Positions 62,601 through 64,000 of a stretch of DNA of 64,000 nucleotides are shown here, one piece after another. The stretch comes from Azolla caroliniana (Eukaryota > Plantae > Polypodiophyta), in assembly GCA_043228905.1 (NCBI GenBank), contig JBHGNT010000011.1:1116001-1180000 (forward strand), in the 5' to 3' direction. Under the pieces are notes generated by a model. The model did no database searches. It was not told the origin of the DNA and was given only the letters and a program-made list of their open reading frames with translations. Position numbers and translations under genes: made by a program. Numbering within the stretch: position 1 is the stretch's first letter; each line of letters starts with the position of its first letter.

Positions 62601-63076
62601 TTAGGGTTAGGGTTTACGCTGGAGCTCTTCTTGGAGATAGGGGCGGTTTCCATGACGATGGATGAATTGGAGGCCGATTGGATGACGAAGCCATTGGTGA
62701 GAGAGGATGAGGCGCGAGCGATCAGATCCTCAGGCGTACCCACGCAGGGATGGCGTCCAGGGAGTGGCCGGATCCCAACAACGCGAGGGACAGGGCTCCC
62801 TGATTCAAGCCTCTCAACATACACAAATTGACCTAACTGAAGCTTGTCTGAAAGGATGAGATCGTTGTCATGGTCGTCCAGGGAGACATATGTGGCATGA
62901 CTGGAGTCGGAGAGCTTGATGTAGAAGCCTTGATTCGGCCATAGATCCCCGCCTGCAAGCGCAGGAACGATCCCGATGACCTGCAGCATCACGGATCGAT
63001 GCTCCCCTGCAACACGGACGTCGGAATTCATGTGCTGAAGGAGCTTGAGCAGGATCCCTGGGTTGAGAGAAGCCAT
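59659..63076 (-). CDS. DUF936-family (CORD-like, probably microtubule-associated) protein. Exons 63076-61445, 61232-61041, 60910-60819, 60613-59659; ~956 aa
   Basis: N-terminus [40 protein letters not shown]...[14 protein letters not shown]; [14 protein letters not shown]; ALQEASA.ESVIRCMSMFAEL; [10 protein letters not shown]; [14 protein letters not shown] junctions keep the frame. The exon 1 donor is slightly ambiguous (6 nt). Confidence 0.92.
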
Positions 63077-63139
63077 GCTGAAGATGCTGAGAAACGGGAC
63101 ACACAGATCTGATTCTGGGGAGCAGGGATGCTTCTCAAG

Positions 63140-63310
63140 GGTGTAGGGTTTAGGGTTGGAATGGGGTCGAAGATGGGTTTAGGGTTTTCAGATGTGCAGG
63201 ATGTTGTTTTAGGGTTTTTGAAGAGACAGGGAGAGAGATGGGGTTTAGGGTTTTCAGATGTGCAGGAGGATGTTATTTTAGGGTTTTAAGAGACAGGGAG
63301 AGAGATGGAG
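63140..63310 (-). promoter_or_regulatory. Telo-box (AAACCCTA)-rich 5' leader of the DUF936 gene with a ~67-bp duplication
   Basis: Several TAGGGTTT on the plus strand. GGGTTTAGGGTTTTCAGATGTGCAGGA...AGAGACAGGGAGAGAGATGG occurs twice. Confidence 0.6.
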
Positions 63311-63374
63311 GGGGAGGGAATGGCGCCATCGCTCCATCGGTTTCCCTCCTTTAACGTCGCCCTCTTCTTCTTCC

Positions 63375-63407
<33 letters not shown>

Positions 63408-63449
63408 AGCGTCCGGATTTTCAAACTTCCATCTCCTTCTTCCTAACGG

Positions 63450-63910
63450 CTATACTCTGTTCTTCTCTTCCGCCCCTGTTCTGCTTCTGGCTTTTTGCTT
63501 TCTGCTTTTTGCTTTTTCTGCTTTTCTTTGCCTCTCTTGCTGTTTAAATTTTCTTTTTTTTTGTTTTTCTTTTTTTTTTTTGCTTGAGAGGTTAAATTTG
63601 ATCTCTTTTGCTTTTGGGCTGCCCATTTCTCTAGCTTCCGATCGAAGCAAGCTGCAACCCCTATATATTCATTACTGATTTTTCGGCCCAAATTTTAATC
63701 TCCTTTTCCTTCTTGCTTTTTGCTTTTTGCTTTTTGCTTTTGCTTTTTGCTTTTTCTGCTTTTTTTGCCTCTCTGCTGTTTAAATTCTTCTTCTTCTTCT
63801 TCTTTTGCTTGAGAGGTTTGATCTCTTTTGCTTTTGGGCTGCCCATTTCTCTAGCTTCCGATCGAAGCAACCCTATTTATTACTGATTTTCGGCGCAAAT
63901 TTTAATCTCT
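63450..63910. repeat. ~225-bp imperfect tandem duplication with (TTTTGC)n tracts upstream of the DUF936 gene
   Basis: TTGCTTGAGAGG...GGGCTGCCCATTTCTCTAGCTTCCGATCGAAGCAA at ~63580-63650 and ~63805-63870. Confidence 0.85.
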
Positions 63911-64000
63911 TTTCGCTTTTTGTCTACTTCAAAGAGTTGGGATCTTTTAGACCAAAACCAAATCTTTTGATCGCCTTCTCGGTGTAGCAGAGAATATTGT

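Overview
Eukaryotic land-plant DNA, most likely a non-seed plant such as a fern. This is inferred from the Tcn1-type chromoviruses, the APE-type LINE and the microsatellite-rich genes. Two host genes lie on the minus strand at the ends: an intronless 3-ketoacyl-CoA synthase (4246-6039) and a 4-exon DUF936/CORD-like gene (59659-63076). Between them, about 46 kb (11-57 kb) is a nested retrotransposon stack that I resolved by target-site duplications (TSDs). A LINE carries (i) an RT-less Copia, which itself holds a very young non-chromovirus Gypsy with a large extra coiled-coil ORF, and (ii) a chain of chromovirus A > chromovirus B > non-autonomous X1 > inverted X2 > chromovirus C > solo LTR D. 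Copia E sits in the 3' LTR of B with mismatched flanks, and a ~680 bp foldback follows. The most unusual signal: all five chromovirus LTR copies, from two divergent families, carry an antisense tRNA-type Pol III A box + 33 nt + B box at the LTR 5' end. These same elements self-prime without a tRNA and share a -1 frameshift signal (slippery site plus probable pseudoknot). All alignments were done by eye and no database search was run.
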